A DNA stretch of 64,000 bases from Zygnema circumcarinatum SAG 698-1b (taxonomy: Eukaryota > Plantae > Zygnematophyceae): positions 1,736,001 through 1,800,000 of the forward strand of contig CM074808.1 of NCBI GenBank assembly GCA_037447605.1, in the 5' to 3' direction. This document shows, in pieces, positions 21,726 to 33,544 of the stretch (position 1 is its first letter; each line of letters starts with the position of its first letter). Position numbers and translations under genes: made by a program. The notes below the pieces were generated by a model. The model was not told the origin of the DNA. It ran no database searches and saw nothing but the letters and a program-made list of their open reading frames with translations.

Positions 21726-24700
21726 ATGGCTCCGTTTGCGGATGAGTCGGAGAACGGATCCGGCATTCCCCGTGAGTGGGAGGGATGGAGGGAGGGAGGG
21801 AGGGAGGGAGGNNNNNNNNNNGGGAGGGAGGGAGAGAGGGAGGGAGAGAGGGAGAGAGGGAGGGAGTGAGGGGCTTTCTGCATTGAGCGCTGAATTGCTT
21901 CCGGGAGGGTGTGCAGATCCGAAGAAGGAGATGGTAGAAATGGATTCGGGTGAGAAGAGGCTGCGCGAGTTGGGCTACAAACAGGAGCTCAAGCGCGGCC
22001 TGGTAATTGCGCGCTACGGGATCCGTAAAGCCTCACATTGCACCCTTAAAAGAGAACAATTGTCCTATAGAACTGGCGATTGAGAATTCCGTGTGCTGTC
22101 TAATTGACTGGTGATTGGTTCATTGATAGATGAATTTTTCACCCCAACTTGAAGTGGAAAGGGAAGAGGGAAGAGTAGAGAGAGGAGCCTCTCCCCTCTC
22201 AGCCACTCTCTTCTCCTCCGTTTCCGTGACATGGGAAGCGCGGCTATGTCCATGCAGAGTGGCTTTACAAACTATGGCTTCGCGTTCTCGGAGATCGGAG
22301 TGATGATGGGGGTCACCGGACTGTACGGCTATGGCTTCGCCTACGGAGGCCCCGTCGCGCTTTTCTGGGGATGGGCCCTCGTCTCTCTCTTCTCCAACTT
22401 CATCGGCGTCTCCCTCGGAGAAATCTGCTCTTCCTTTCCGGTGAGCTGCACTCCTGCCTCTGCTCTGCACTCGGTTTGAGTTTGAGTTCTGAAGCAGGGA
22501 GTGGGTTGGTACTGAAGCGGAGGGCGGTGGGGGTGCGCTGCAGACTGTGGGAGGCGTGTACTTTTGGGCGTACCATTTGGGGGGGAAATATGGCAATGTA
22601 TACTCCTGGATCACGGGCTGGTAGGGCCGCCGCTCTCTCAGCCCCCTCAGGCACTGTCAATTCAATTCAGTTTTTGCAGCAATTAGAATAGAATGTCTAT
22701 CGAAATGCTTGGCTGTGGTCTGAGACTGACTGTCAGTGATGTAGCTATAGTACGCGCTCGTGCTCTCACTCTCATTTTAGTTCTCAATCGCTCTCTCTCC
22801 CTCCCCATCTCTCTTCCTCTCTCTCCCTCTCCTCCGCCTCTCGGCCCCTTGCCCCTCTCTTCTAACTCCTTCCTCACTCTTCCCTCCTGTCCTCACCCCC
22901 TGCACTCCCTTCCTTCTCTCCTTCGCTCACATCCCCTCTCTCCCTCCTCTATCCTCCCTCCTCCCTCCTCCCTCATCCCTCCTCCCTCCTCCCTCCTNNN
23001 NNNNNNNCCCTCCTCCCTCCTCCCTCCTCCCTCCTCCCTCCTCCCTCCTTCGTCCCCTCCTTCTCACTACCACCTCTCTCTCTCGCTTTGTCTCTCATTT
23101 GCCCTGTCCAAAATTGGCACGGGAGCTTAATGGCGATTGGGACGTACATGAGAGAACACGTTTCTCTCCTCTCTCTTTTTTTCCTCTCCTTCTCTCACTC
23201 TCCCTCCATCTCCTCCGTCCTCCCTCCACCTTCCTCCCTCCACTCTCCTTTCCCGCCCTTCTCTCCTCTTCCCCACCCACCCTCCTCTCTCTCTCTTGCT
23301 CACTTGCTCTCCCTCTCTCTCTCTCTCACAAACACACACTCTCATTATATGCCGTAATTTTCACCCACCTCTCCCTCCCCCCCGGATCTGCGGTTTCGCA
23401 GGTTCAACCTCGTGGCCGGCTTCGCGAACGTGGCGGCCGTGGACATGATCTGCGCGGACCTGATCGGCGAGATGGCGCTGCTCGCGACCGGCGATTGGTA
23501 CCCCAACAAGGACCAAATGCTCGGGATCTTCTGCGCGGTGCTCGCCACGCACATGGCGCTCAACCTCATCGGTCAGCGCCCGCCCGCAACCCAACCCGAC
23601 CCAACCCAACCCAACCCAACCCAACCCAAACCCAACCCAACCCAAACCAGTCGCAGGCACGCAGGGGAGGTCGAGGGGCACTCAAGCTGCATTGGAATGA
23701 AACGTGCATCCGAGACTGAGTGCTTGTAGAGGCGGCTGGTGAAGGACTCTCTTTTTAGTCTGAAATCAAGCTGTTTGTGGGCAAGATAGTCGCTAAGACT
23801 GACTGGAAATGCATTTTCACTAAGAGTACTTCGATAATTTAAGCCTTGTCTGTTTATATTCTTAGCTGCACGGCTGTTCTCGGTGTTTCCTTGTCCCTGT
23901 TCGAATGACAATGACTTGAGGAATTGTAAGGTTTAAATATCGACAGCATTTTGTAATTTATCGCTCCTGAACGCTAATGTGACTACTTTGTCTGCCCTTC
24001 ACAGTCATCCCAGGTATCAGTAACAGCGTAGCCTGGTGACAGATTTGGAACGTCCTGAGGTCAATTTTAGCGAGGCATTGAGCCGAGCATAAACTCATCA
24101 TTTGTGCCTCTCTCGAATGCGCAGGCCTCTCGATCGTCGGACCGCTGGAAAACATCGCCATTTTTTGGGACTTTTTTGGCTGCATCATCGTTTCGATCAC
24201 ACTGCTCGCGGTTGCTCCGACGCATCAGTCGGCCGACTTTGTGTTCACCAAATTCATCAGCGACCAAGCGCCGGGGATACACAGCAAGCCGTACATCTTT
24301 TCGCTGGGTCTGCTCTCTTCTCTCTTCACTCTTATCGGTAAGCGTTGACAAGCCAACTCCTCCAATGATAATTCGTAGATTTTTTCACGTCAGCTATCAC
24401 AGCGAACTTAACTTTTTGCCCTGATTAAACTTCGATAATATAGTACGCCAATCAATGCAATCATCTATTTACCCGACTCTACCGTAAAATCTAACAGGTT
24501 GAGAAACAAAAAGAAATTAAAGATTTTGGCATATTTAGTCTTTGAATTTTTTATTTTTTTTTGAATTCGCTTTCTTAAATCAAAAAAATTTTGACCTAGA
24601 GTGTTCAAAGTTTAACCCTATTCAATAAGATTGGGAATTGAGAAATTAAGTAAACTCGTTTCTCAATTTCTCAACCTGTTCGGTTTTACAGTAACTCCAT

Positions 24701-26711
24701 TCGTTACCCTTACCCCTACCCCTAACCCTAACCATAACCCTAACCCTAATCCTAACCCTAACCCTACCTCCTCGCTGACGAGTCGCAGGGTACGACGCGG
24801 CGGCGCACATGACGGAGGAGACGAAGGGCGCCGACAAGACGACGGGGATGGCCATTTGGCTCGCGGTCGTGGTCTCGTCCCTCAACGGCTTCCTCTACAT
24901 CCTCGCGCTCACCTTCAGCATCCAGGGGGTCCGCCTCCTCCCCCCTGCCCCTGCAGTTAGGCGCACGGGAGGGAGAGGGGAGGGAGGAGGGAGGAGGGAA
25001 AGGAGAGAGAGGGGCAAGATCAAAGGGAGAGTAGCGATGGAGGCAGAGGAAAGAGAGGAAGTGCGCAGCTTTGCGAGATGAGGGTTAGGGTTAGACAAGG
25101 TTGGGAACGGGGGAAGCATGAGAGGCTGACGTGAATCTATGGGCAGTGAACATGATCATCGTATGTTTAGAGATTTGGCCATACGCGTTTTCTTAACTGT
25201 AGGGTTTGGAAAAGTCGTTTTTTTTTCTGATATCGTTTTTTAGGATGGAAACCAGAGGTCAAGAGATTGTCTGTAGGCCGTGCGGTTTACAAACTCTGGA
25301 CAAGGCTCCTCGCTTCAAGCTGTAACTGATTGGTTGCATATTGTGCGACTATACGAAGAAGGGAGAAATCGAGAGTAATCAGTAGTGCTCGGGAAACGTT
25401 CCGAAGATTATTCTTATGGGTAGAGAGAGGGGACGAACTTGACGTTTGAACATTATTCGTACACCATTCTGTGCAGGATCCGTTACATTTGCTCAACAGC
25501 GACAATGAATCAGGAGGTTATGCCGGTGCTCAAATTTATTACGATGTGTTCAAGGCGCGATATGGCAGCGGGAAGGGAGGCGTGGCTCTTCTCATCTTCC
25601 CTACCGTGGCTGCGTGGTTTTCCGGCATGTCTTGCCTTACAGCTGCATCCCGCATTGTAAGTATGCCTCCTTCCTGCTAAGCAACATCACCGCCAGCACA
25701 CCCAGCTAAAAAAATCTCCTCCGTCTGCTCTCATCCTACTCTGACATTTTTGAATCTCCCGGCAAGTACTCGGCTTGACTTAGGGTTGCCCTTCTGCTGA
25801 CCTCTCTCTCCTCGTGCAAATCGTGCAGTGCTTCGCATTCAGCAGAGATAGGGCTCTTCCAGGATGGCAGCTATGGCGCAAGGTCACCCCCTACACGGGC
25901 ACCCCCATGATGGCGATCGTCCTTGTGGGAATCTGCGCTTTCGGCTTTGCGCTGCTCTCACTCACGGGCCCCACTGCCTTCGCTGCGGTCACCTCTGTGG
26001 TGGTTATCGGCTTCTACATCTCATATCTCATTCCCATCTTTTTGCGACTCACAGTCGGCCTTCGGTCATTTGTGGTACGGTTCACTCTCGGCCTTCCAGG
26101 GTCCTGCATCATTGAGCCTGGAAGCATGTTTCTTGAGTGAGGTCGATAGGGACTCGGCTATATGCCCTGTAGGTGTGCTTGCATGTTTTTTTTTTGTCTA
26201 TTTTCTTCTATTTTTGAGTTGTCTTGTCACCACTAATTGCAAAATTTATGGGGTCTGGGTGCTACAGAGAGGACCCTTCCATGCAGGCCCATTCTCCCTT
26301 GTCTTTGGCTGGCTGTCCGTGTTTTGGATCATAGCTCTTGTGGTGATTCTTTGTCTCCCTGCTGGTGAGTTCGTACTCTACTTTCCTCCTCCAAAGATCA
26401 CTTTGGAAAGCTTCCTGCTTTAATGCTGCCTTTTTTTTGGTCTACAATTTTCCCAACTGCAATAGCAGATGACTATGTGAGTATGCCATTCCTATTGGAG
26501 TCAAAGCTATCTGTCGAAACACTGCTCAATCTGCTCATTGGCACTGTCTGCAGTCTATCCCGTTGACGCCAGCACTCTCAACTACGCCCCGATCACTGTT
26601 GGCGGCACCATTATAATTGCTGCTCTTGGCTGGATAGGCGCATATTTCTGGCGGCCTGGGTTTTTCAAGGGGCCGGTCCCGACTTTAGAGTCTGAGGAAA
26701 TCAAGCATTGA
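21726..26711 (+). CDS. BAT1: BAT1-like amino acid/amine permease (APC superfamily, ACT family), 11 exons, 531 aa
   Basis: Exons 21726-21771, 21917-22002, 22258-22440, 22544-22620, 23402-23571, 24125-24337, 24789-24928, 25477-25656, 25829-26074, 26268-26364, 26554-26711 sum to 1596 nt in frame. Motifs DSGEKRLRELGYKQELKR, GGPVALFWGW, EICSSFPTVGGVYFW, GYDAAAHMTEETK, FAFSRDRALP, LNYAPI. Confidence 0.93.
23586..23648. repeat. (CCCAA)n microsatellite in a permease intron
   Basis: Read directly from the sequence. Confidence 0.9.
24712..24767. repeat. (CCCTAA)n telomere-type hexamer array just upstream of a 3' splice site
   Basis: cctaaccctaaccataaccctaaccctaatcctaaccctaacccta; acceptor AG at 24787-24788. 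Confidence 0.9.
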
Positions 26712-27907
26712 GGGAGGAGAAATCAATGAATAAGGACAGACATGACATATTAGGCAGTGCAGGAAGTGGGGGGGGGGGGGGGGATGGAGAGGGTTAGCTT
26801 TGGCGACAGAAATGGGCCGGAAATAACATTAGGGTTAGTAGCCGTTCGTAGGTGTGGGAGCAGCTGTGGTAGGGCTTCCAGCGAGTCCGCTCCTCTGAAA
26901 AGTAGGGCAGCGGAGCCTTCCGCAGCTCCTGCCACAATACTGCAATACAGGTTATGGTGTTTCTGTGTTGGTCATTGTTTTAGTTATTGCAGCCAAGCCA
27001 AGCTAGTGCTGGCTGGAAGGAGGACAATACTCCAGCTTTTGTATTGTGACATGTTCAATATTTTATTGCTGGCATGCAGTATTTGCAGCCACTGTAAACC
27101 AATCCTCCCCAAAGCCGCTGCTCTGAAGGCCCCTCGCTTGGCTCAGAAAACAATTACAATTAAGGAGCTATTCCCAAAGGAGGCCCCACCGCTGCCTGCC
27201 TCCTCGTCCGAAAAAACGCAAAATGTCTCTGTTCAATTTCACGCTGGTGACACGCGATTCGCAGTTCAGTGAGCCACCACGGAACTGCCTGCACGGAAGC
27301 GGTCTGCAGAGCCCCCCCTCCCATTGGCGGAGCCGATCACGTGGGCCCTCCCCCGGGGCCCACGTGTCCTCCCTCTCTTGTCCCTCCTCACCTTCGGACA
27401 TTTCGTACATAGGAGTTACTGTACTGTACAGTAAGCGAAGCTCTCACTTTTCTACTCGAAAGGGGCACTCTGCCTCTGCGCCTTTGAGCTCGCCTGGAAG
27501 CCTCAGGGACTGCAGCGCTGCGGGCTGGAGCAACGTGAGGTGAAGGAGGGGGCGAACACTGGGCCCTCTTTTTTTGGCGGAGATGTTTCTCTGAGTTTCT
27601 AGCTGCCGGAGTTACGGAAAACATGGAAATCTGGTTTTACTAATGCAAAGTGTTGTGTTGCGTGAAAGTTTTGGTGGCAGACATTGACGAGGATACTGGT
27701 TGTTGTTTGCATGGAGAAAGAGTGAAATTTGAAGAAATTTTGGTCGAGGAAATGCATTTGGTTTAAATTGGAAGTTCAATACATTGGCATTCAAAGAGGA
27801 GTCGCGTGACTTCACGGACTGGTATGAAGCTGCAGGCCTGAGAAATTTCTGCTGGTGCGATGGAACGATTTTGCAGGAACTTTGGACAGTTGTAAAGAAG
27901 TTCGACT

Positions 27908-30900
27908 ATGGCTAGCTGGACTGGGAATGGACCTGTGCCGGAGAAGCTGGAGGTCAGAAATGTCCTCATCGCCGCCTGCCTGTGGATTCTTGAGCGAGAC
28001 ATTATGCTGGGATAGAAAATTTGACGAAAAAATTGTGCTTGTAGTGGTGGAACTCGAGCATCGTTCAGAACAGTCTGAATAGTGAATGGTTCTCTTATAA
28101 ATGGAATTCTGCTCTGATGAAGCATGGCTACCTATTAGATGCGCACATGCCGTCAAGTTGTGTGTTACGCGTATTTATTTTTGCATTAAGCTGGAGAAAT
28201 ACATTGACGCAGAAAGCTGGCTTTCAGCTCAGAAAGATAATCAGAAGCTTACAGCGACGATTTGGAAATATTTTAGACGGATAAAGCATCATGATGTGAA
28301 GATGCGATGGAAGTTGCAATACAACAATTCGTTCGCAAATGCTGAAGCCTTTCTCTAATTTTATCTGCAGTCGCTTGAAGTATTTTTAACCTTTGCGAGT
28401 TGAGTGACTTGATGCCCGAGAGATCAACATATCCGTAGCATATCTCACCACTGTTTCACCGTCGTCAGGCTAAGAACTTTGGAAAACGGTCGGTCGAGTT
28501 TGCTTCCCTTTCATTTCACTTACTTGAGGCGCCACTCCGTGCTAGCACTGCAGGATCTCCAAAGTGTCCTCCAATCGAAGGGAGTAAAATACGCCATTGG
28601 CAGCTTTGTGGACATACACGGCTGCTGTAAGGGCAAGGTATTCTTTTCCTAGCTATTGAGAGCAGCTGATGAAGCAGCACTTTTCTTCTGAAATGTGGCC
28701 AAAGAATTCTCAGAAGTGGTTAATAGCTCAATTGTTTCTAATTTCTTGAATTGATTAAACGGCAGATAGAGATAGATCCATGATTTAGTCGGTGGTTGAT
28801 CAAATTCACGCATGCCAAAAGCGAATTGTACGACACTGTCTCTAAACGGTGACTTGGCATCAAATCTCCATTGGGGTATAGCATTACTGTAAAGCAAGGA
28901 CCTAATATAAGTATAGTCTAAGGGTGGCTAAAAAGCCTAAAACGTTTGCCGCATGGTGCGCCTATTTCGTAACTCCTGTTTTATATATTCTACAAAGAAG
29001 AAAAATGGAGATGTCTTCAAGTTCTCGATATAGGACAGGTGCCATTTGGTGAAGGTCTGGTGTGACACGACACGGGACACCGCCAAACCTTATTTCAATC
29101 CATTTCTTGGCACGCTCAATATTACAATGGCATTCCCACCTATCTAGTGCATCATTGACCTTGATTGTATTTGTGCCGCGCAGATTGTTCCTTTGAGCCA
29201 CTTTGTCCATATGTTTGAAGGTTCAGAGCTATTTACAGGTGCAGCATTAGATGGTGTTCCTCAGGAGGTTTCTGACGAGGAAGTGGCGACCATGCCCGAT
29301 GCAAAAGGGTAAAGTCTGAGTACAATTTCCATTTCAATAGAGTACTTTATGTCTAATGGTCTATGTCTTCGTGACTTATGTTAGTACTTGCTCCCGTCGT
29401 TCTTCCAGTTGTGTAAATGACTGCCGGCCTAGTTGTTGAGATCTCAACGAGACAAATAACAGCAATGCAGCTTGTAGCCAAAGTTCGCTGACTTCCACAT
29501 TGCAGCTTCAACGTTATTGCCACATTGATGATGATGAAGGCAATAATTCCCATACTGTCAAGCACAGTCTTGCAGTTTTTTGAAAGGGAAAAATGATTAT
29601 GGCAGGTGCACGATTCTTCCGTGGAATCGAGAAATTGCATGGTTCCCAAGTGACCTTTACTTGTCTGGTAAGTGGTCTTGCATCGCGGCTCTTACAACCA
29701 AGCACATGACTTGTGAGAAAATGAAATTGTTTTGAAAGTTTGGAAAGTCCACGCTAGATCCATTAAGCGGGCCAGACCTGATCCTTAATGACCCTGATAA
29801 GAGTGGGAAAATGCATGTGAAATTGCTGTTTATTGCAGGTCGACCATTTGAAGCTTGCTGCCGCACCATTTTGAAGCGTCAGCTAGCAGAAGCTGAGAAG
29901 TTAGGCTACATGTTTAATTTGGGTATCGAGACAGAATTTTTCATTCTTAAAGGTGCGTGAATCCTTAGCCCTCGTGAGGCAAGCTATCTTCAGTTACTCG
30001 TTATAAAACACGCTTGTGAGCCAGTAGTTAGTTATCCAAGTTATCAACACATGATGCACACATCATCACATCATACTGTCAAATTTCAGTATGCAAGATG
30101 CTGCACGTCAGGCTTCCTGCCCCTTTTCTCTGTAAAACGGAAACAAAGCCTCTCACACGCAGTGAAGTAACTTGTGCCATCCGGCTCTCCTCAGATCAGA
30201 CCAACCCGATGGCAAGTTTGTACCTATAAGCGACCGAGACACTCTAGACAAGCCATGCTACGATGTTGTGGGCTTTTTGGACAACTACAAGTGGATGGAT
30301 GAGATTGTCCAGGCCATGAATGAGCTCGGATGGGATGTCTATTCCTTTGATCATGAGGACGGGAATGGGCAATTCGAGACGGACTTTGCCTACAGGTGCG
30401 CCCTCAAGGCGATGTGCCATGTTTGCATAGCACACAGGTTTTTCCACCTTGAGTAGCTTCAAAAGCAGGAATGACGTGCAATAACTGTCGTTCGCAGTTG
30501 CAATCAGTTGCTTTTCAAAATGATCGATTTTACACTGCGCTACGACAATCACTTGATGTGACGTAACAAAGTATTTTTGGATGTGGCAGCGATGCTTTGA
30601 CCATGGCTGATCGTTTCACTTTCTTCCGCCTAATGGTGAAGGAGATAGCCCGTAAACATGGCTACTTTGCAACCTTCATGCCCAAACCCTTCAAGAACCG
30701 AACTGGTAAGTAGGGCAAAGTCCAGTTTACGTCAGCAGCAGAAGCTAATGCACGTCTAATCAATGAGCCAATGCCATTTTTATTTGCCGGCAATGATCAG
30801 CTGATGAATGTGGTAGGTTACGGATTGGTATTGAAGCACCTTACAACCGGGGGATGTTGGCAGGCAGTGGAGCGCATTACAATATGTCGCTGGCGGATTC

Positions 30901-32252
30901 AAAGACAAAGGAAAATCTCTTTGAATGTAAGGATGATCCTCGGGGCTGCGGCCTTTCAGAACTTGGATATCATTTCATTGCCGGCATTCTGAAGCACGGT
31001 CAGGCTCTCTCGGCCGTCATCGCACCCACTGTGAACAGGTGATTCCCAAACCTAAGGAGAAGCGAACGCCCTGAAATATTTCCACGTCCAAAAACTTGGA
31101 AGGAAATTGCTGAGCGGTCTGCCCTCACCCACTCCTGAGCTTCCCACTTTTTTAGAAAAGTCGGAGGCGAGTCTTCTGCACCATCCATGAATCGCAACAT
31201 CATGAAGTCAGATATGCTATATGCTCGCTAAAACGCTGCGTTTGTTGTGGATTGCAGCTACAAGCGGTTAGTGGCACAGGGCAGCATGTCTGGCTTCACA
31301 TGGGCCCCGGTCTATGTCTGCTACGGCAACAACAACCGCACCAACATGCTCCGTATTCCGCTAGGTGGTGGGCGGGTGGAATGTCGGGCTGCAGATATTG
31401 CTACTAATCTGTACCTTGGTGAGACCTAAACGTTCTGAGGATTTCAGCAAGATGAATGCATCACATGAATGAACTGCGTGCAAGATTCCCCCGCACACGC
31501 AATAAAAATTTAAGCATGAAGGGAGCCTTGGTGATTTGTACGATTGGGTCACGTGACCTTTATTCCCTCATTGTGAGCAAAATGAGCTGCAATGGGCGAT
31601 TGGTATAACCTGTGCATTGACGTGCCTTTGTAGGGAAAAGTTCGCAATGCATCAGGGAATCAGGATACGCAGCATCATTGCAATTGACCTGCCAATTCTT
31701 GATTCAAGCGGGTGCTGCAGACGATGTTCGCGCAATTCTCTTTTGTCTTTCTGATTAGATGGAGTGACTATGTGGGTGCAGGAGCTGCAATGATCTTGGC
31801 GGCAGGCCTGGAAGGCGTCCGGGAGAAATTGGACCCTGGACAGCCTCATACTGAAAACATGTACAAAATGACTCTCGAAGAGCTCAAGGAGCAAAAGATC
31901 GAAACACTCCCACGCACTCTTGGAGAAGCTGTTGAAGCCTTTGCAGGTATGATTACTCGAGGCTGCCTGCTTGCAACTCCTATGGCTCCATGCGCTCGTG
32001 ATTGTAGTCAGTCAGTAGGATCTTTTCACCAGTCCGGTTGTGCTTCATGTAGTATGGTACACCTGTGAACAGGTTGAATCGGTTCTAAAGTAGTGTGTTC
32101 ACTGCTTTCGTGTGGCAGCGGATCCGCTGAGCAAGGAAGTATTCGGAGAGCAGATGTTCAAAAGCTTTGTGGAGTACAAGTCCAGGGAGTGGGCGGAGTA
32201 CCACACGCACGTGTCCGATTGGGAGATCGAGCGGTATCTCAAGTTCTTTTAA
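27908..32252 (+). CDS. glnT: Bacterial-type 'type III glutamate-ammonia ligase' (GlnT / gamma-glutamylmethylamide synthetase-like), 11 exons, 458 aa
   Basis: Exons 27908-27952, 28554-28637, 29184-29308, 29606-29667, 29839-29952, 30200-30395, 30590-30705, 30864-31038, 31258-31418, 31782-31946, 32119-32252 sum to 1377 nt with no internal stop; all introns are GT-AG. Motifs [115 protein letters not shown]. Exon 1 is the least certain. Confidence 0.9.
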
Positions 32253-33039
32253 ATTGCATTGTGCATACTCACTGCTCCGCTTCAGATCGGTTATTTATGC
32301 TGCGCTCGTCACTAGCATGTTGCCATTAGCCTGCGTGCCGTCAATGCAATGGACCTTATCTGGCAGCCACCGTGGAAAGTATTGATTATCTGTTGCTAGC
32401 CCCACAAAGGTGAATAAGATTTTTGTCGCATTGACATCCTAGAAACAAGGACATCCTCAAGAAGAGCAGAGGGCCGTAGTAGCCACAGACGGAGCGAGAT
32501 CCGCTCAAGCAGCAGCGGAGGAGGGTCTGTCTCCGCCTCGCTCCTCAAAAGCTTCCACGCATGAAATAGAATTGGCGAGCTCTCCCTATCCGTACAGCGT
32601 CATGTTCGTACGACCGGGAATGACGGCGCCGTATTGTACGAAAACAATTTACGGCCGCCCTTCAATTTTAAATACTTTAATTTTGAGTCCGTGACCTGAA
32701 TACCTGATCGCTAGAGTTTTAGATTTCAGAGTTTTAGAGTTCAATCAAACATCTTTTCTCTTTTCAGAATTGGAAAGTTCTAATATCTAAAAGATTCAGA
32801 GATTTAGAACACTTTTAGAATGAGCGTACAACCGTTGAAATAGAACGGAACGTACGGTCGTACGGTTAGTGCTGGCACGTCAGAGAGGCTTCCGTACGAT
32901 CGTGTGGCCGTATTATTGTACGGCCCTTCTAAAAGTGTTTTATAAAACGGAATTGGAATTTAATTTCTAAATTCTAAAAATTCCTTGACTTTTAGAATCT
33001 GTATTGGAATTGTAATACACTCCACAGTTCGGACCAGTG

Positions 33040-33310
33040 GATCGGCAACCATTGGACAACCATTGGATGGCAATGGTTGGACGTCTACTGGTTGGCAACC
33101 AGTCGACTGGTTGCCAACCAGTGGCATCCACTGGTTCCAAACCAGTCGAATGGTTTTTTCGGTCCGCAACCACTGGTTGGCAACCAGTCGAATGGTTGTT
33201 TCGATCTGGCGGCACTGGTTGGCAACCAGTCGAATGGTTGTTTCGATCTGGCGGCACTGGTTGGCAACCAGTCGAATGGTTATATCCAGTAAATCAAATG
33301 GTTGGCAACC
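33040..33310. repeat. 42-bp hairpin minisatellite, array 1
   Basis: Units CACTGGTT(GG/CC)(C/A)AACCAGTCGAATGGTT... at 33129, 33171, 33213, 33255. Perfect palindrome GGCAACCAGTCGACTGGTTGCC near 33094. Confidence 0.92.
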
Positions 33311-33544
33311 ATTAAATCACTAGTTGTAGCGAACTGAACGCTACAGCTACCAAAATGCCGTCGGCGTTTCGGAGAAAACTATTACGGTTCGGCCGTACAG
33401 AATCTTCGTACAATCGTACGACTCGGCTGTACGAATCCGTACCCATCTGTACACATCAGGCTTGTTGCACTAGTTGTCAACGGTTGGCAACCCACCAAAA
33501 AACACATACGACCCATTTTTGCAAAAAGGCATAATTTCAGAAAT

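Noticed and set aside
24921-24935. Non-canonical GG donor in the permease after SIQ
   Set aside because: A canonical GT at 24929 keeps the frame with one extra Gly (SIQG|DPLH).
28649-29869. Separate minus-strand gene suggested by ORFs 28649-28897, 28962-29210 and 29353-29649
   Set aside because: They overlap introns and exons of the plus-strand GlnT-like gene, whose frame is complete, and show no recognisable motifs.
21726-32252. Permease plus ligase as cargo of one large mobile element
   Set aside because: No transposase, recombinase, shared TIRs or TSD found. The flanking CAACC-type arrays also occur at 59.9 kb, so they are not specific boundaries.
27908-32252. Bacterial contamination as the source of the GlnT-like gene
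   Set aside because: Ten GT-AG introns are needed to restore the frame, and the gene is contiguous with intron-containing plant-type genes.
33325-33345. TGTAGCG-AACTGAA-CGCTACA hairpin resembling the Gypsy/TRIM LTR start
   Set aside because: Only 21 bp, with no further LTR similarity, PBS or TSD nearby.
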